The notes beneath the pieces are model-generated. The model made no database searches, was not told the DNA's origin, and worked only from the letters and a program-made list of their open reading frames with translations. From the IMG/VR virus record IMGVR_UViG_3300021958_000023, positions 64,001 to 128,000 of that record: a stretch of DNA of 64,000 nucleotides, one strand, 5' to 3'. The translations under genes were made by a program, and so were the position numbers. The stretch comes from a virus (lineage: Duplodnaviria > Caudoviricetes). Numbering within the stretch: position 1 is the first letter of the stretch; every line of letters begins with the position of its first letter. Shown here piece by piece: positions 38,210 through 47,375 of this stretch.

Positions 38210-38656
38210 ATGGCAAGTAAAAGTAAAATAAAGGGTGGAGCGTATGAATCAAAAATACGAGACATCTTAACAAAAGAACTTAAAATAGAATTTAAACGTA
38301 TGCCACTCAGTGGGTCAATCGAGTATCTAAAGGGAGACCTTTGGACACCTTTTGATACTGCTGCGTGGCCTTACTGTATAGAGTGTAAACACTATGCAGA
38401 AGTAAATTGGAATAATCTTTTAACAGCTAAATCAACTGAGATATATCAATTTTGGAAACAGACTGTTAGAGAAGCAGAGGTGATGAAAAAGAAACCTCTA
38501 CTAATCTATCGTTGGAATCGCTCTAAAGATTTTATTTGTTGGGATGATGATTTAGAAATAGATCACTATGTTTATGTTAATGCTTTTGAACATAAGTTTA
38601 AGATGGGACTACTTTCTGATTGGTTAGATCAGTACAAAAAGTTAAATAAGATTTGA
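38210..38656 (+). CDS. PD-(D/E)xK nuclease / Holliday junction resolvase (T5 D14)
   Basis: KGGAYE, RMPLSG, KGDL, IECK. Confidence 0.85.
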   Translation: MASKSKIKGGAYESKIRDILTKELKIEFKRMPLSGSIEYLKGDLWTPFDTAAWPYCIECKHYAEVNWNNLLTAKSTEIYQFWKQTVREAEVMKKKPLLIYRWNRSKDFICWDDDLEIDHYVYVNAFEHKFKMGLLSDWLDQYKKLNKI

Positions 38657-38710
38657 CCAGTGCCTATCTTTGTGCTATTATTACTTATAACATAAAGATG
38701 GAGAGTTCAC
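38653..38710 (+). promoter_or_regulatory. Promoter TTGACC-17-TATTAT (extended -10) with overlapping hairpin
   Basis: Hexamers 38653-38658 and 38676-38681; arms 38664-38674/38691-38701. Confidence 0.75.
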
Positions 38711-39565
38711 ATGAACGATGTAAAAGGTTGGAATGATCTTGCAGAGATGCAGGAAGATTATAGTAATGGAAATAATTTACTATTAGTAGACGGTAACAAT
38801 CTAGCTTATCGCTGGATTCAAAGACGTAATTATGATAGTTTTAGTGATGACTATATCAAAACTATTGAAAGTTTAGGTAAAAGCTATTCAGCTGGTCGTA
38901 TTATTGTATGTTTTGATTTTGGAAAAAGCTACTTTCGCTCAGATATGAGTGATGAGTATAAATCAACACGTAAAAAACCAAAAGAACCAGAAGAAATCGC
39001 AAAGTATCAGGCATTCTTTGATTGCTTAAATATGACATATGAAAATTTGCCTTTTGATAAGATGAAATATAGAGGTATTGAGGCTGACGACCTTATTACA
39101 TATTTTGTTGAGAGTTGTAAACAAGACTATGATCACACTTGGATTATCTCATCAGATAGAGATTTGTATCAACTATTAGATAGCAATGTTTCCATCTTTA
39201 ATATGTTTTCTCGCAAAGAGATTGATCTAGACTACTTAGATGAAACTTTTGATATTAGTCCAGAACTATATCTATTTTCTCGATATATCGAGGGTGATAA
39301 ATCTGACGCCATTTTTGGAGTAGAAGGAATTGGTCCAAAGCGCGCTCAAGCTCTTGCAAAAGAATATGAAACACTAGATAATCTTATTGCTGCGCTACCT
39401 CTAAAAGGTCGTTCTAAATATATTCATAATCTAAACGATAGTGAAGAACTCTTAAAAAAGAATGAACGTATGATTAATCTAAAACGGTATAACAAAGATG
39501 CTGTTCTTGCAGGAAAAGACGGCGAAGAAGTATGGAAGGAACTACAAAACCATGTCAACAGTTGA
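38711..39565 (+). CDS. 5'-3' exonuclease/flap endonuclease (T5 D15)
   Basis: VDGNNLAYR, EYKSTR, EADD, SSDRD, GDKSD..GVEGIGPKRA. Confidence 0.95.
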   Translation: MNDVKGWNDLAEMQEDYSNGNNLLLVDGNNLAYRWIQRRNYDSFSDDYIKTIESLGKSYSAGRIIVCFDFGKSYFRSDMSDEYKSTRKKPKEPEEIAKYQAFFDCLNMTYENLPFDKMKYRGIEADDLITYFVESCKQDYDHTWIISSDRDLYQLLDSNVSIFNMFSRKEIDLDYLDETFDISPELYLFSRYIEGDKSDAIFGVEGIGPKRAQALAKEYETLDNLIAALPLKGRSKYIHNLNDSEELLKKNERMINLKRYNKDAVLAGKDGEEVWKELQNHVNS

Positions 39566-40091
39566 TATTAAAATCGAAACCACTGAACTAGCAGAGTTCT
39601 TAATCGACAGCCCGACTCACCCTAATATTAAAGAGTGGAAACTGTTTCAAAACTATCCACATGATGCGGGATTTGATCTTCGTGCCTGTATTAAAGACGG
39701 ATTATCTCTTAGACCAGGAGGATATCATTTATTCGGTACAGGAATGAAAGTAAAGCTTCCTATTGGATGGGAACTTCAAGTTCGTCCTCGTAGCGGTCTT
39801 GCACTAAAACACGGAATTACAGTATTAAACACGCCAGGAACTGTTGACTACTCTTATCGAAGTGAAATCGGTGTTATTTTGTATAATGCAGGCAAAGAAG
39901 CATTTAATATTTTTCCAGGCGACAGAATCGCACAAGCTTGCATTCGTGCTGTTCCAGAAGTTAAAATTGAGTATGGAAAAATTGAAGAAACAATTGAATC
40001 TGAAATGAAAGAAACAGGAACTGATCTTAAATCCGAAATGGCTGCAAAACTAGCACAAAAACGAGGAGGATTTGGATCCTCTGGAGTTTAA
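39552..40091 (+). CDS. dut: Trimeric dUTPase
   Basis: AGFDL, RPRSGLA, GTVDYSYRSEI, GDRIAQ, RGGFGSSG. Confidence 0.95.
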   Translation: MSTVDIKIETTELAEFLIDSPTHPNIKEWKLFQNYPHDAGFDLRACIKDGLSLRPGGYHLFGTGMKVKLPIGWELQVRPRSGLALKHGITVLNTPGTVDYSYRSEIGVILYNAGKEAFNIFPGDRIAQACIRAVPEVKIEYGKIEETIESEMKETGTDLKSEMAAKLAQKRGGFGSSGV

Positions 40092-40119
40092 AAAAAAGAG
40101 GGCTAAGCCCTCTTTTTTT
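40090..40119. terminator. Bidirectional intrinsic terminator between the convergent early and late arms
   Basis: A-tract-GAGGGC-TAA-GCCCTC-T-tract. Confidence 0.92.
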
Positions 40120-41137
40120 ATACTTGAGTTCCGCCTACTCCACTTTCATGAATGTTAGCAACATCTCCAACTAAAGCGGAGTTAGTATCTGAAGAAAATG
40201 GAAATTTTTCAATCTCTGTACTATATGATGGAGTCTGTCCTGAAGAAACATAACCAAATGTAGTAGAAGAATGTCCTGCATGACCAAACCTTGTGCCTAC
40301 TAAACTGCCTACAGTAGCAGCATTAGTGTCAGAAGCAAAAGGGAATTTATCAATTCTATTTGTTGGCGAACTACCTCCTGCTGTATATCCGTGTGTGTCA
40401 GAAGACTGTCCTGTCATATTATATCGTGCAGCTGTTAAATTTCCAACAGATGTAGCGTTTCCATCAGAAGCAAATGAGTATTTTTGAATATATAAAGACG
40501 GTGAAGGAAATCCTCCAGAAGAGTATCCATGTGTAGAAGAATTTTGACCTGCTGCAATTCTCACCGAATTTACTAAACTTGCTATATTAGTAGCGGGAGA
40601 GTTAGCACTAAAGGGAAATTTATCAATAACTGTTGTGCCTGTTGGAGAATCAGGAGTACCAGTATTTCCCCCGGTATTATAACCGTTTGACTCAGAAGAA
40701 GACCCTGCTCCGCCTCTTCTTACAGTGGATAAATCTCCAACATCTGTTGAATTAGTATCAGAAGAAAAAGGAAAATTGTCGATTATATTATAATATGTTG
40801 CTCCTTCAGAACCTCCTGAAGTATATCCATGTGTAGAAGAAGACTGTCCAGTAACAAAAATTCTCTGCACTGATAAGTTTCCAACAAGTGAACCATCAGT
40901 ATCAGATGTAAAAGGAAATTTATCAGTGGTTAAGTCGCCTGATGAGTAACCAGCTACACTTCCTTGATAGTGAGGTGGCGGTGGCGGAGGATGATAAGCA
41001 CTAGGCCACCCTGTTACAAACCCGATAGTTGTATTACTAACAGAAGAACTAACATTAGCAGTACCAAATACAACATTTGATCCTGCGGTAACATTTTCTA
41101 CTTTCAAAGATCTAAAGTTAAATTTACGTAGTGTCAT
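40118..41137 (-). CDS. Repeat (Kelch-like beta-propeller) protein, probably virion-associated
   Basis: About six repeats of SSTHGYxxGG...IDKFPFSSDTNxxxVGxL; poly-Pro linker. Confidence 0.7.
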   Translation of the reverse strand: MTLRKFNFRSLKVENVTAGSNVVFGTANVSSSVSNTTIGFVTGWPSAYHPPPPPPHYQGSVAGYSSGDLTTDKFPFTSDTDGSLVGNLSVQRIFVTGQSSSTHGYTSGGSEGATYYNIIDNFPFSSDTNSTDVGDLSTVRRGGAGSSSESNGYNTGGNTGTPDSPTGTTVIDKFPFSANSPATNIASLVNSVRIAAGQNSSTHGYSSGGFPSPSLYIQKYSFASDGNATSVGNLTAARYNMTGQSSDTHGYTAGGSSPTNRIDKFPFASDTNAATVGSLVGTRFGHAGHSSTTFGYVSSGQTPSYSTEIEKFPFSSDTNSALVGDVANIHESGVGGTQV

Positions 41138-42297
41138 ACTTGCGTACCTGAAGTTCTTGAAACTGCTACGGTTAGTCCTTGTGTTCTTGGACTATGAGTT
41201 GTATCGCTAGAATAGTTGAAATAATATAAATTAGCTCCTGTTCCGTTATTTGGAGCAGGCATATGATACCCTCTTTCTGTAGAAGAAATTCCAGTCCCAT
41301 TATCACCTGCAACTGCAAGCTCCATTATATCTGTTGAATTTGCGTCAGAAGTAAAAGGAAATTTATCTACAACATCAGTAGATGATCCTGATCCTGTAAA
41401 CCCAGATAGAGAATATCCATTGGTAGGGCTAGATATTCCTGCAGCGCTAGTTTTTCCGATAGTCATATCTGCTATATAACTAATCGGCGTATCTGTAGAA
41501 AAGGGAAATTTATCTATACGAGTAGATTCTCCTGGATTTAGTTCACCTCCTGAGCTATATCCATGAGTAGTGCTAGCATGACCAGCAGGCGACATTTTAC
41601 CTTCAGTTAGGTTACCAATTCCAGTAGCGTTTGTGTCAGAAGAAAAAGGATATTTATCTATATTAGTATATCTTATTGTAGGACTAGGTACTCCTGTAGA
41701 GTTTTGACCACCCATAGCATAACCATCTGTAGGGCTAAAAGTCCCACCAGTATAAGATCTAGTTACAGCTAAATCTCCTACATCAGTAGAATCAGTATCA
41801 GAGGAAAAAGGATATTTTTCTATAATATTTGAAGAAGCTGTAGTGGGATATAAATAACCTCCTGCAGTATAACCATGGGTTTTACTAGCTGTACTAGAAG
41901 TACCGTGCCTTCCTTGGGTTAAATTACCTACATCTGTTATTCCTAAATCAGATGAGAGTGGGAATTTTTGAATGGTGTCACTAGTTGGTCCTACTCCCAT
42001 GCCCCATATTTGCTCATGAGGAGTAGTACCTGATGTTTGTGCGCCTCCTGCAATATATCCATAACCATCTCCTTGAAAAGTCCTCTCTATAAAAGGACCA
42101 TAAGATGTGGCACGCCCTGCTGGAGGATATAATACAGCACTATTAGTATCTCCAGAAACATAGGTTCTTAATTGAACACTATTAGTCTTAACTCCTAAAG
42201 AATTGTTAGCCCAAGCACCAGACCACGTAACATTACCTGCACGGGTTACTCCCTGCTTTGCTGTGAACATATCGTAATGAACATTAGCTAAAGGCAT
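41134..42297 (-). CDS. Paralogous repeat beta-propeller protein
   Basis: Same GY..GG/IDKFPFSSD repeats and the same C-terminal GTQV. Confidence 0.7.
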   Translation of the reverse strand: MPLANVHYDMFTAKQGVTRAGNVTWSGAWANNSLGVKTNSVQLRTYVSGDTNSAVLYPPAGRATSYGPFIERTFQGDGYGYIAGGAQTSGTTPHEQIWGMGVGPTSDTIQKFPLSSDLGITDVGNLTQGRHGTSSTASKTHGYTAGGYLYPTTASSNIIEKYPFSSDTDSTDVGDLAVTRSYTGGTFSPTDGYAMGGQNSTGVPSPTIRYTNIDKYPFSSDTNATGIGNLTEGKMSPAGHASTTHGYSSGGELNPGESTRIDKFPFSTDTPISYIADMTIGKTSAAGISSPTNGYSLSGFTGSGSSTDVVDKFPFTSDANSTDIMELAVAGDNGTGISSTERGYHMPAPNNGTGANLYYFNYSSDTTHSPRTQGLTVAVSRTSGTQV

Positions 42298-42298
42298 A

Positions 42299-42445
42299 TT
42301 ACCTCACTTTTTTGCGAATAGGTGCATTAGCAATTCCATGGGAAAAACCGGAGCTTTTCTTAAGAGTTCTAATTTTAACTTTCTGTTTCTTTTTCTTTTT
42401 TAAGCCATAGTTAGACTTAAAAGCATCTACATTTGTAATATCCAT
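42299..42445 (-). CDS. 48-aa Lys-rich peptide (MDITNVDAFKSNYGLKKKKKQKVKIR...), absent from the ORF track
   Basis: GGAG RBS; stop abuts the next start. Confidence 0.6.
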   Translation of the reverse strand: MDITNVDAFKSNYGLKKKKKQKVKIRTLKKSSGFSHGIANAPIRKKVR

Positions 42446-42455
42446 TGTCTTCTCC

Positions 42456-42496
42456 AAAAAAATATAGAGGAATTGTCGTAGAGACAGTTCCTCTAT
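42456..42496 (-). terminator. Intrinsic terminator
   Basis: 14-bp stem 42464-42477/42483-42496 followed by a T-run on the minus strand. Confidence 0.75.
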
Positions 42497-42522
42497 TTAA
42501 AAGGTTTACAACATTCAAAAGT

Positions 42523-42807
42523 TTATTTTGAATATTTAACAACTTTTGGATTATATATAGAACCTGTAGCTGAGGAAAATTCTCCCACGTTTTTTATATT
42601 TTCTATCTGGGATTTTCTTTCATAATACTTATTGGCTTCATCATATTTCATAGCTTCTTCGGTCTGTTTATTAATTTCATTCTGACCAATAAATCTATAA
42701 ACTCTATCGCCAATAGTCTTAATCTCGCCATTACCCTGAAGTTCTTTTGAACGGGCTAAGCGTTTCTCAAAAGATTCTCTTTTAGGTCCAGCGTATTTTT
42801 CAGCCAT
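42523..42807 (-). CDS. Small hypothetical protein
   Basis: 94 aa, tightly packed. Confidence 0.7.
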   Translation of the reverse strand: MAEKYAGPKRESFEKRLARSKELQGNGEIKTIGDRVYRFIGQNEINKQTEEAMKYDEANKYYERKSQIENIKNVGEFSSATGSIYNPKVVKYSK

Positions 42808-42808
42808 T

Positions 42809-43102
42809 TTACTTCATGTCCTTTACCATGTTAGGAAATTTACCTTTACCATTTCCACCCATGTTACGCCCAGTTTTGTTAACTCTACCACCTTTAGGAC
42901 CTTGAGATAGTCCGTACTGTGGTTCCATAGCTGATACTCTGTCTTTAACAGGAGCACTCATGCCAGAACTTCCAAAAGGTGCTTTTTTCAATTTTTCATT
43001 TGAATTAATACCGCTCTTATTTGTTCCTCCACCTGGAGTTTTTTTATAAGAGTCAAAATAATCTCTAGTTTGTCCACTGACGGACTTCATTCTTGCAGCC
43101 AT
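42809..43102 (-). CDS. Small Gly/Lys-rich disordered basic protein
   Basis: 97 aa, GGAG RBS. Confidence 0.7.
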   Translation of the reverse strand: MAARMKSVSGQTRDYFDSYKKTPGGGTNKSGINSNEKLKKAPFGSSGMSAPVKDRVSAMEPQYGLSQGPKGGRVNKTGRNMGGNGKGKFPNMVKDMK

Positions 43103-43104
43103 TT

Positions 43105-43350
43105 TTATCTCCTTTTTCTATTATAGAATTGTTTTCTATTAATTGCTTGATTCTTAAATGGTGTATAGTAGGCGCACCATTCTTCATCAGTTAATCCTGA
43201 ACCAGAAGGTCTTCCTCTATGAGGCCTCGTAACCATTCTTCCCGCAGGTGTGTAAAAAGTACACAAAGAAGGTCGATCAAATGCTCTAACATCTGATCCA
43301 ACTCTTTCCCAAGCTTTGGTTCCGTTTGTTACCTTTCTTCTTATTCTCAT
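43105..43350 (-). CDS. Small Arg-rich protein, probably leaderless
   Basis: 81 aa; a -10 element ends 6 nt before the ATG. Confidence 0.7.
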   Translation of the reverse strand: MRIRRKVTNGTKAWERVGSDVRAFDRPSLCTFYTPAGRMVTRPHRGRPSGSGLTDEEWCAYYTPFKNQAINRKQFYNRKRR

Positions 43351-43356
43351 ATTAAT

Positions 43357-43385
43357 ATTATGTATTATTTTGTAGCAGCTGACAA
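43357..43385 (-). promoter_or_regulatory. Promoter TTGTCA-17-CATAAT
   Basis: Minus-strand hexamers in an AT-rich intergenic region. Confidence 0.55.
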
Positions 43386-43403
43386 ATATTTAATTTAAAA
43401 TTA

Positions 43404-43640
43404 TTATGACTTGCCCTTAGCTTGTAAACTTTGAAGTTTATCTGAAAGACTAGGTTTTCCTTTTTCTGTTGTTTTTATCTTTTTAGCAGACTCTTCAGAA
43501 TATAAGTAGGAGTTTTTTGCTTTGAATAAAAATATATCAGATTTAATTCTATTTACTTTATCTTCTAAATCTCCATAAGGTTCTGGTAAATCATGTAGTT
43601 CTCTCATCTGAATTACTCGTAGTCTTAACGTATCTATCAT
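43404..43640 (-). CDS. Hypothetical protein
   Basis: 78 aa, ATGA overlap with the upstream gene. Confidence 0.65.
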   Translation of the reverse strand: MIDTLRLRVIQMRELHDLPEPYGDLEDKVNRIKSDIFLFKAKNSYLYSEESAKKIKTTEKGKPSLSDKLQSLQAKGKS

Positions 43641-44110
43641 CCACTTAATCCTTTAAGAATATAAACAAAAAATCCTAAAAGACTTAAACCAATAGTACAA
43701 GCTAATCCGATACACACCCACTCAATAAATTTTTGTCTTTTTTGTGATTGTTTATATATAGTCTCTTGACGTTCTTTTCTAATTTGTCCTTCCATACGAA
43801 TAAGTTCATCCCAAGCTTTTTGTCCCATTGTCCATGAAATATATTGCTTAAGCTCTTCTCTCATCTGTTCTGCTTTTTTCTTTGCAGCAAATGTGGCCAT
43901 CGCTTCTTCTTCGACAGAACCTTTGAACATAAGTTTTTTGAAAAGTGGAGGATTCTTAGCTTGACGCTCTGCTTCAGATAAATCAGACATAGCAGACATC
44001 CAACGACCTAAATCTCCAGCCATCTGTTCTATATCTCTTCCTACTTCAAATCCTTTTTTAATAACATTAAATGCTGCACTTGCTGTTGCTAATGCACTAA
44101 CCGGATCCAT
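43637..44110 (-). CDS. Helical protein with a C-terminal membrane anchor
   Basis: MDPVSALATASAAF..., coiled region, C-terminal TM. Confidence 0.8.
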   Translation of the reverse strand: MDPVSALATASAAFNVIKKGFEVGRDIEQMAGDLGRWMSAMSDLSEAERQAKNPPLFKKLMFKGSVEEEAMATFAAKKKAEQMREELKQYISWTMGQKAWDELIRMEGQIRKERQETIYKQSQKRQKFIEWVCIGLACTIGLSLLGFFVYILKGLSG

Positions 44111-44123
44111 CCTATCTTTCTCC

Positions 44124-44696
44124 CTAATTAGCTAAAGGATTGTCTAAGGCTCTTTGTAATTTCTTATTAAGACGATCTTCTAAATCTTTTAGTTCACGTT
44201 CTACTTTTGCCTCTAAGTCATCCATACGGCTTTGATTTGATGATTGTAGTCTATTCGCTTTTTCGTCATAATCAACTTGCAGTCTATCACGTTTATTCTC
44301 AAAGCGCTCTTCGGCATTTTGCACGATTGAGCGAACTTCGCCTTCAATTTTTCTTACTTCATCCTCTACACGATCAGCAGTTTTTTCAATAGCAAGAATA
44401 TCATCTCGTAAATCGCCTTTAATATCTCTTGTATAGTCAACAGCTTCATCAAGTTTAGTCTCTATCACTTCCATGCGCTGTTCAAACGCACCAATATCGA
44501 GACCAGCTACTTCTTCTACCTTTTGATACATTAGAAATCCACCATAAAGCGCACCAAGAACTGAACCAAGCACAGCAACAAGTGCTGATACACTCATAAA
44601 GGTTACTTTAATACCAAGAATTCGGAACTCTTTATTCTTAAGGTTCTCAATACCTTCTTCCATATTTTCAAGTTCTTGTCCTAAGTCTTTTGCCAT
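44124..44696 (-). CDS. Single-pass membrane protein with a long coiled coil
   Basis: TM ALVAVLGSVLGALYGGFLMY then heptad-rich helix to RALDNPLAN. Confidence 0.8.
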   Translation of the reverse strand: MAKDLGQELENMEEGIENLKNKEFRILGIKVTFMSVSALVAVLGSVLGALYGGFLMYQKVEEVAGLDIGAFEQRMEVIETKLDEAVDYTRDIKGDLRDDILAIEKTADRVEDEVRKIEGEVRSIVQNAEERFENKRDRLQVDYDEKANRLQSSNQSRMDDLEAKVERELKDLEDRLNKKLQRALDNPLAN

Positions 44697-44905
44697 ACCG
44701 GTCTCCATTCCCAATCAGGTACTTGACTCCAAAAATGAGCAGGTGATACAAAAGTAGTTTCCCAAAGAGCTATTTCTACTCTATACTCAAAATACAAAAA
44801 AGTAATATATCCAAAAGCAAGAGCCACAAAAATACCTAATCCTAACATTATTTTTTTATAATTATCTGTGTAGAAATGATCTTGATTCCAATCACTCATT
44901 AACAT
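44681..44905 (-). CDS. Small membrane protein
   Basis: One TM helix; overlaps both neighbours. Confidence 0.6.
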   Translation of the reverse strand: MLMSDWNQDHFYTDNYKKIMLGLGIFVALAFGYITFLYFEYRVEIALWETTFVSPAHFWSQVPDWEWRPVWQKT

Positions 44906-45189
44906 CCTCCATCTGTGTGGTATTTACGAACTTTACCCCAACAAGGGTCAACATGTCTAATACTGCCTCCAGGCACTTTCCATCCGGGATTTTGTTCTAA
45001 AAACTCTCTTGTTGCTTCAAGTTGAGGAATGTATAATCCATATATTTTAGTATTTGTTAAGCAGTCAGCTGCTTCATTAAAAGGAAAATCTATGAATCGT
45101 TCTTCTACAGGTAAATTTCTATCATACCCAAAAGCATCTAAACAATCTTTTGCTACTTGATTTACATTATTATCTAAAATTATATCCAT
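44899..45189 (-). CDS. Hypothetical Cys-containing protein
   Basis: 96 aa with 4 Cys, in operon. Confidence 0.6.
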   Translation of the reverse strand: MDIILDNNVNQVAKDCLDAFGYDRNLPVEERFIDFPFNEAADCLTNTKIYGLYIPQLEATREFLEQNPGWKVPGGSIRHVDPCWGKVRKYHTDGGC

Positions 45190-45191
45190 TA

Positions 45192-45593
45192 TTATTTACC
45201 TTCTTCTGACAAAGCTCTAAGCCTTGCCAACTCTTGTTCAAGTTTTTGAATCTCTAACCTTTTTCTTTTTAACTCAAGTTGGTAAAGAGTATTACAATTA
45301 ACTCTTTCTTTTGGAGCATCTAAAGGAATGGTGATTCTTGCATATACACCTACATCTTTTGAACTATTCCCAGAACTGTTACTAAATGGGCTTTCATAAT
45401 TATCAATAATTCCCGTCACTCCAAATTCAAAATTTGTTGAACCTCCGATAGCATTTTTACAATCCATTTCTCCAGATTTAAAACTATCTTGACCATAAGT
45501 GCTAGGAGTAGAAGGAAGGGCTAAATTCAAAGAACTGTTTTCTGCTAAAGCTAAGGAAGGGATAAGTGATAGTAGTAAAATAATCTTTTTCAT
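45192..45593 (-). CDS. Secreted protein with a Cys-flanked amphipathic beta-hairpin and C-terminal coiled coil
   Basis: Signal peptide (..SLALA); C...TNFEFGVTG...VGVYARITIPL...C; coiled-coil tail. Confidence 0.75.
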   Translation of the reverse strand: MKKIILLLSLIPSLALAENSSLNLALPSTPSTYGQDSFKSGEMDCKNAIGGSTNFEFGVTGIIDNYESPFSNSSGNSSKDVGVYARITIPLDAPKERVNCNTLYQLELKRKRLEIQKLEQELARLRALSEEGK

Positions 45594-45594
45594 C

Positions 45595-45969
45595 TTACTC
45601 CTTAAACTTAGAGCATATCATAGAAGATATACCACTACCTTTATTATCTGTTAGTTTTGACCTAGAACAAATATATTTTGCCCTATCTTTATCTTGTATT
45701 CTTATATAAACATCAAACTTTACTCTTGATAAATAATCAACTTTTATTACTCTATAAGAAGTTACAAAAGGAATAGGGTTCCAGTCTTCATCAAAAACTG
45801 CTACTTCATAATACTTAACGTCAGCTCTTTTATTAAACATTTCCATCTCTGTGACTAAAAGATCTTCAATGTATGATAGTCTCCATTTTGGATATGTAGG
45901 TACCATTTCATGTGCTATCACAGAGAAAGGAATTATTAAGAATATTAGAAGTAATAAAAGTCTTTTCAT
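45595..45969 (-). CDS. Secreted Ig-fold protein resembling the N-domain of PapD-type pilus chaperones
   Basis: Signal peptide; mature HEMVPTYP...EMEMFNKRADVKYYEVAVFD; C-terminal Cys pair. Confidence 0.5.
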   Translation of the reverse strand: MKRLLLLLIFLIIPFSVIAHEMVPTYPKWRLSYIEDLLVTEMEMFNKRADVKYYEVAVFDEDWNPIPFVTSYRVIKVDYLSRVKFDVYIRIQDKDRAKYICSRSKLTDNKGSGISSMICSKFKE

Positions 45970-45970
45970 T

Positions 45971-46471
45971 TTACTGGGCAATACATACAGCTTCTACGTG
46001 CGCAGTATAAGTGCCTCCTGGAAATGCTTTATTACCTCCATAAGTCGCGCTTGAACTTGATTTAAACCAAGTAGATCCTGTTGCGGTTAAATCGTACTGA
46101 GTTGTTTGACCAAATGTAGTTTTATTTGTTTCATATGACCCCATGCCTGTAGCATCACTTAGTGAACTTACTTCTGTTGAACCAGTCCACGTAACTGTAT
46201 CACTTAAAGATGGGCTAGATGAAAACTCAGTTGGAGTTGTAATCTGAGCATAATAGGCATCAGCAAGAGTTACATCATATCTAACAATAGGTTGTACACC
46301 ACCATCTGTAGCTGTTGTTGTTAGAGTATAGGCATTTGGGTTTCCATAAACACCCGGGGTGTCTACAGAAATAACACATCTAGATTGTACTGTTCCTTGA
46401 ATAGGAACATTTTCTGCGTAGGCAGAAACACTAAAAGTTAATAGTCCTAATATAATTAAATATTTTTTCAT
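45971..46471 (-). CDS. Secreted chaperone-usher-type pilin-like protein (CsuA/B, spore-coat-U style)
   Basis: Signal peptide (..SAYA); N-terminal VPIQGTVQSRCVI; C-terminal PGGTYTAHVEAVC; Thr/Ser-rich beta composition. Confidence 0.6.
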   Translation of the reverse strand: MKKYLIILGLLTFSVSAYAENVPIQGTVQSRCVISVDTPGVYGNPNAYTLTTTATDGGVQPIVRYDVTLADAYYAQITTPTEFSSSPSLSDTVTWTGSTEVSSLSDATGMGSYETNKTTFGQTTQYDLTATGSTWFKSSSSATYGGNKAFPGGTYTAHVEAVCIAQ

Positions 46472-46481
46472 TATTATTCTC

Positions 46482-47375
46482 CTAATCATACTGCATTTCA
46501 ATCATTTTTTCATGCAATAATTGTTGTGCAAGGCCATTCCTCAATCCCTGCTTATTATCCTCTATCTTCTTATCGACCAATACTATAGTTTCTTTATACA
46601 CTCCGCCAGGAATGCTGGCAGCATAATATGGATTTATTTGAACGGCTATGTTGATTGCCGCTAATATTTGAGACTGTGCTAGAGCTTCGGCAAATAGTGC
46701 AGAAGTATCTGCCGCTGAAAGAGCTTCTTCAAGTCTCATTTCTTTTTTATCTTCATCCTCTTCTTCGTCTTCAATCTTAGTCTCTGTTTCTTCATATAAT
46801 TCTGTATCAGTTTCTGTAGTTGCTATTTGCACAGCTTCATCTTCAGAAGCATTATATATAATACTAACATCGATAACTGGTATTTCTGGTACTGGAACCT
46901 TATACCCTGGACAGTTAGGATCAAATTGTGGGTCATAACAAGGATCTACCTTATACATATAAACCACACTAGGATCTGTAACAGAGCCACTACCTTCTAC
47001 TTCAATAGACCCATCACCCCAAGACTGTCTTGGGATATTTGGAATAACGGGGACAACTTTTCTAATTTCTGTACCACCAAGAGATCCCGGATTCCACTCA
47101 TCTGTCTCTCTAAATATATAACCAGTGCCATTAGCGTTTTCATTTTGAATGTGAACGTTTACTGAATCATCAACATCTTTTTGAATTGTGTAATTATAAA
47201 TTACTCCGTTAATGTCTAATCCAGGCGGTGTCGGTAAAATATTATTCATAGACCAATTTAAACCTGATCCTGCAGCGTTTCCTGTAGTACCGTAATAAGA
47301 AGTTATACTCTCAGAGTAGCAATAAGAGGGTAAGCAAACCAATACCACCGTAAGTAGCTTTTTCCTTAACATCAA
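46482..47375 (-). CDS. Secreted protein: beta domain, DPCYDPQFDPNCPGY motif, acidic linker, helical tail
   Basis: N-terminal signal-like segment; composition. Confidence 0.75.
   Translation of the reverse strand: MMLRKKLLTVVLVCLPSYCYSESITSYYGTTGNAAGSGLNWSMNNILPTPPGLDINGVIYNYTIQKDVDDSVNVHIQNENANGTGYIFRETDEWNPGSLGGTEIRKVVPVIPNIPRQSWGDGSIEVEGSGSVTDPSVVYMYKVDPCYDPQFDPNCPGYKVPVPEIPVIDVSIIYNASEDEAVQIATTETDTELYEETETKIEDEEEDEDKKEMRLEEALSAADTSALFAEALAQSQILAAINIAVQINPYYAASIPGGVYKETIVLVDKKIEDNKQGLRNGLAQQLLHEKMIEMQYD

Noticed and set aside
39960-40060. Insertion in dUTPase before motif V
   Set aside because: Linker length varies commonly in phage dUTPases, and nothing here indicates a special function.
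40118-42297. Recurrent nucleotide repeats (AAAGGGAAATTTATC-like) suggesting a CRISPR array or DGR
   Set aside because: The repeats are degenerate, in frame and explained by protein repeats; no cas or reverse transcriptase gene is in the window.
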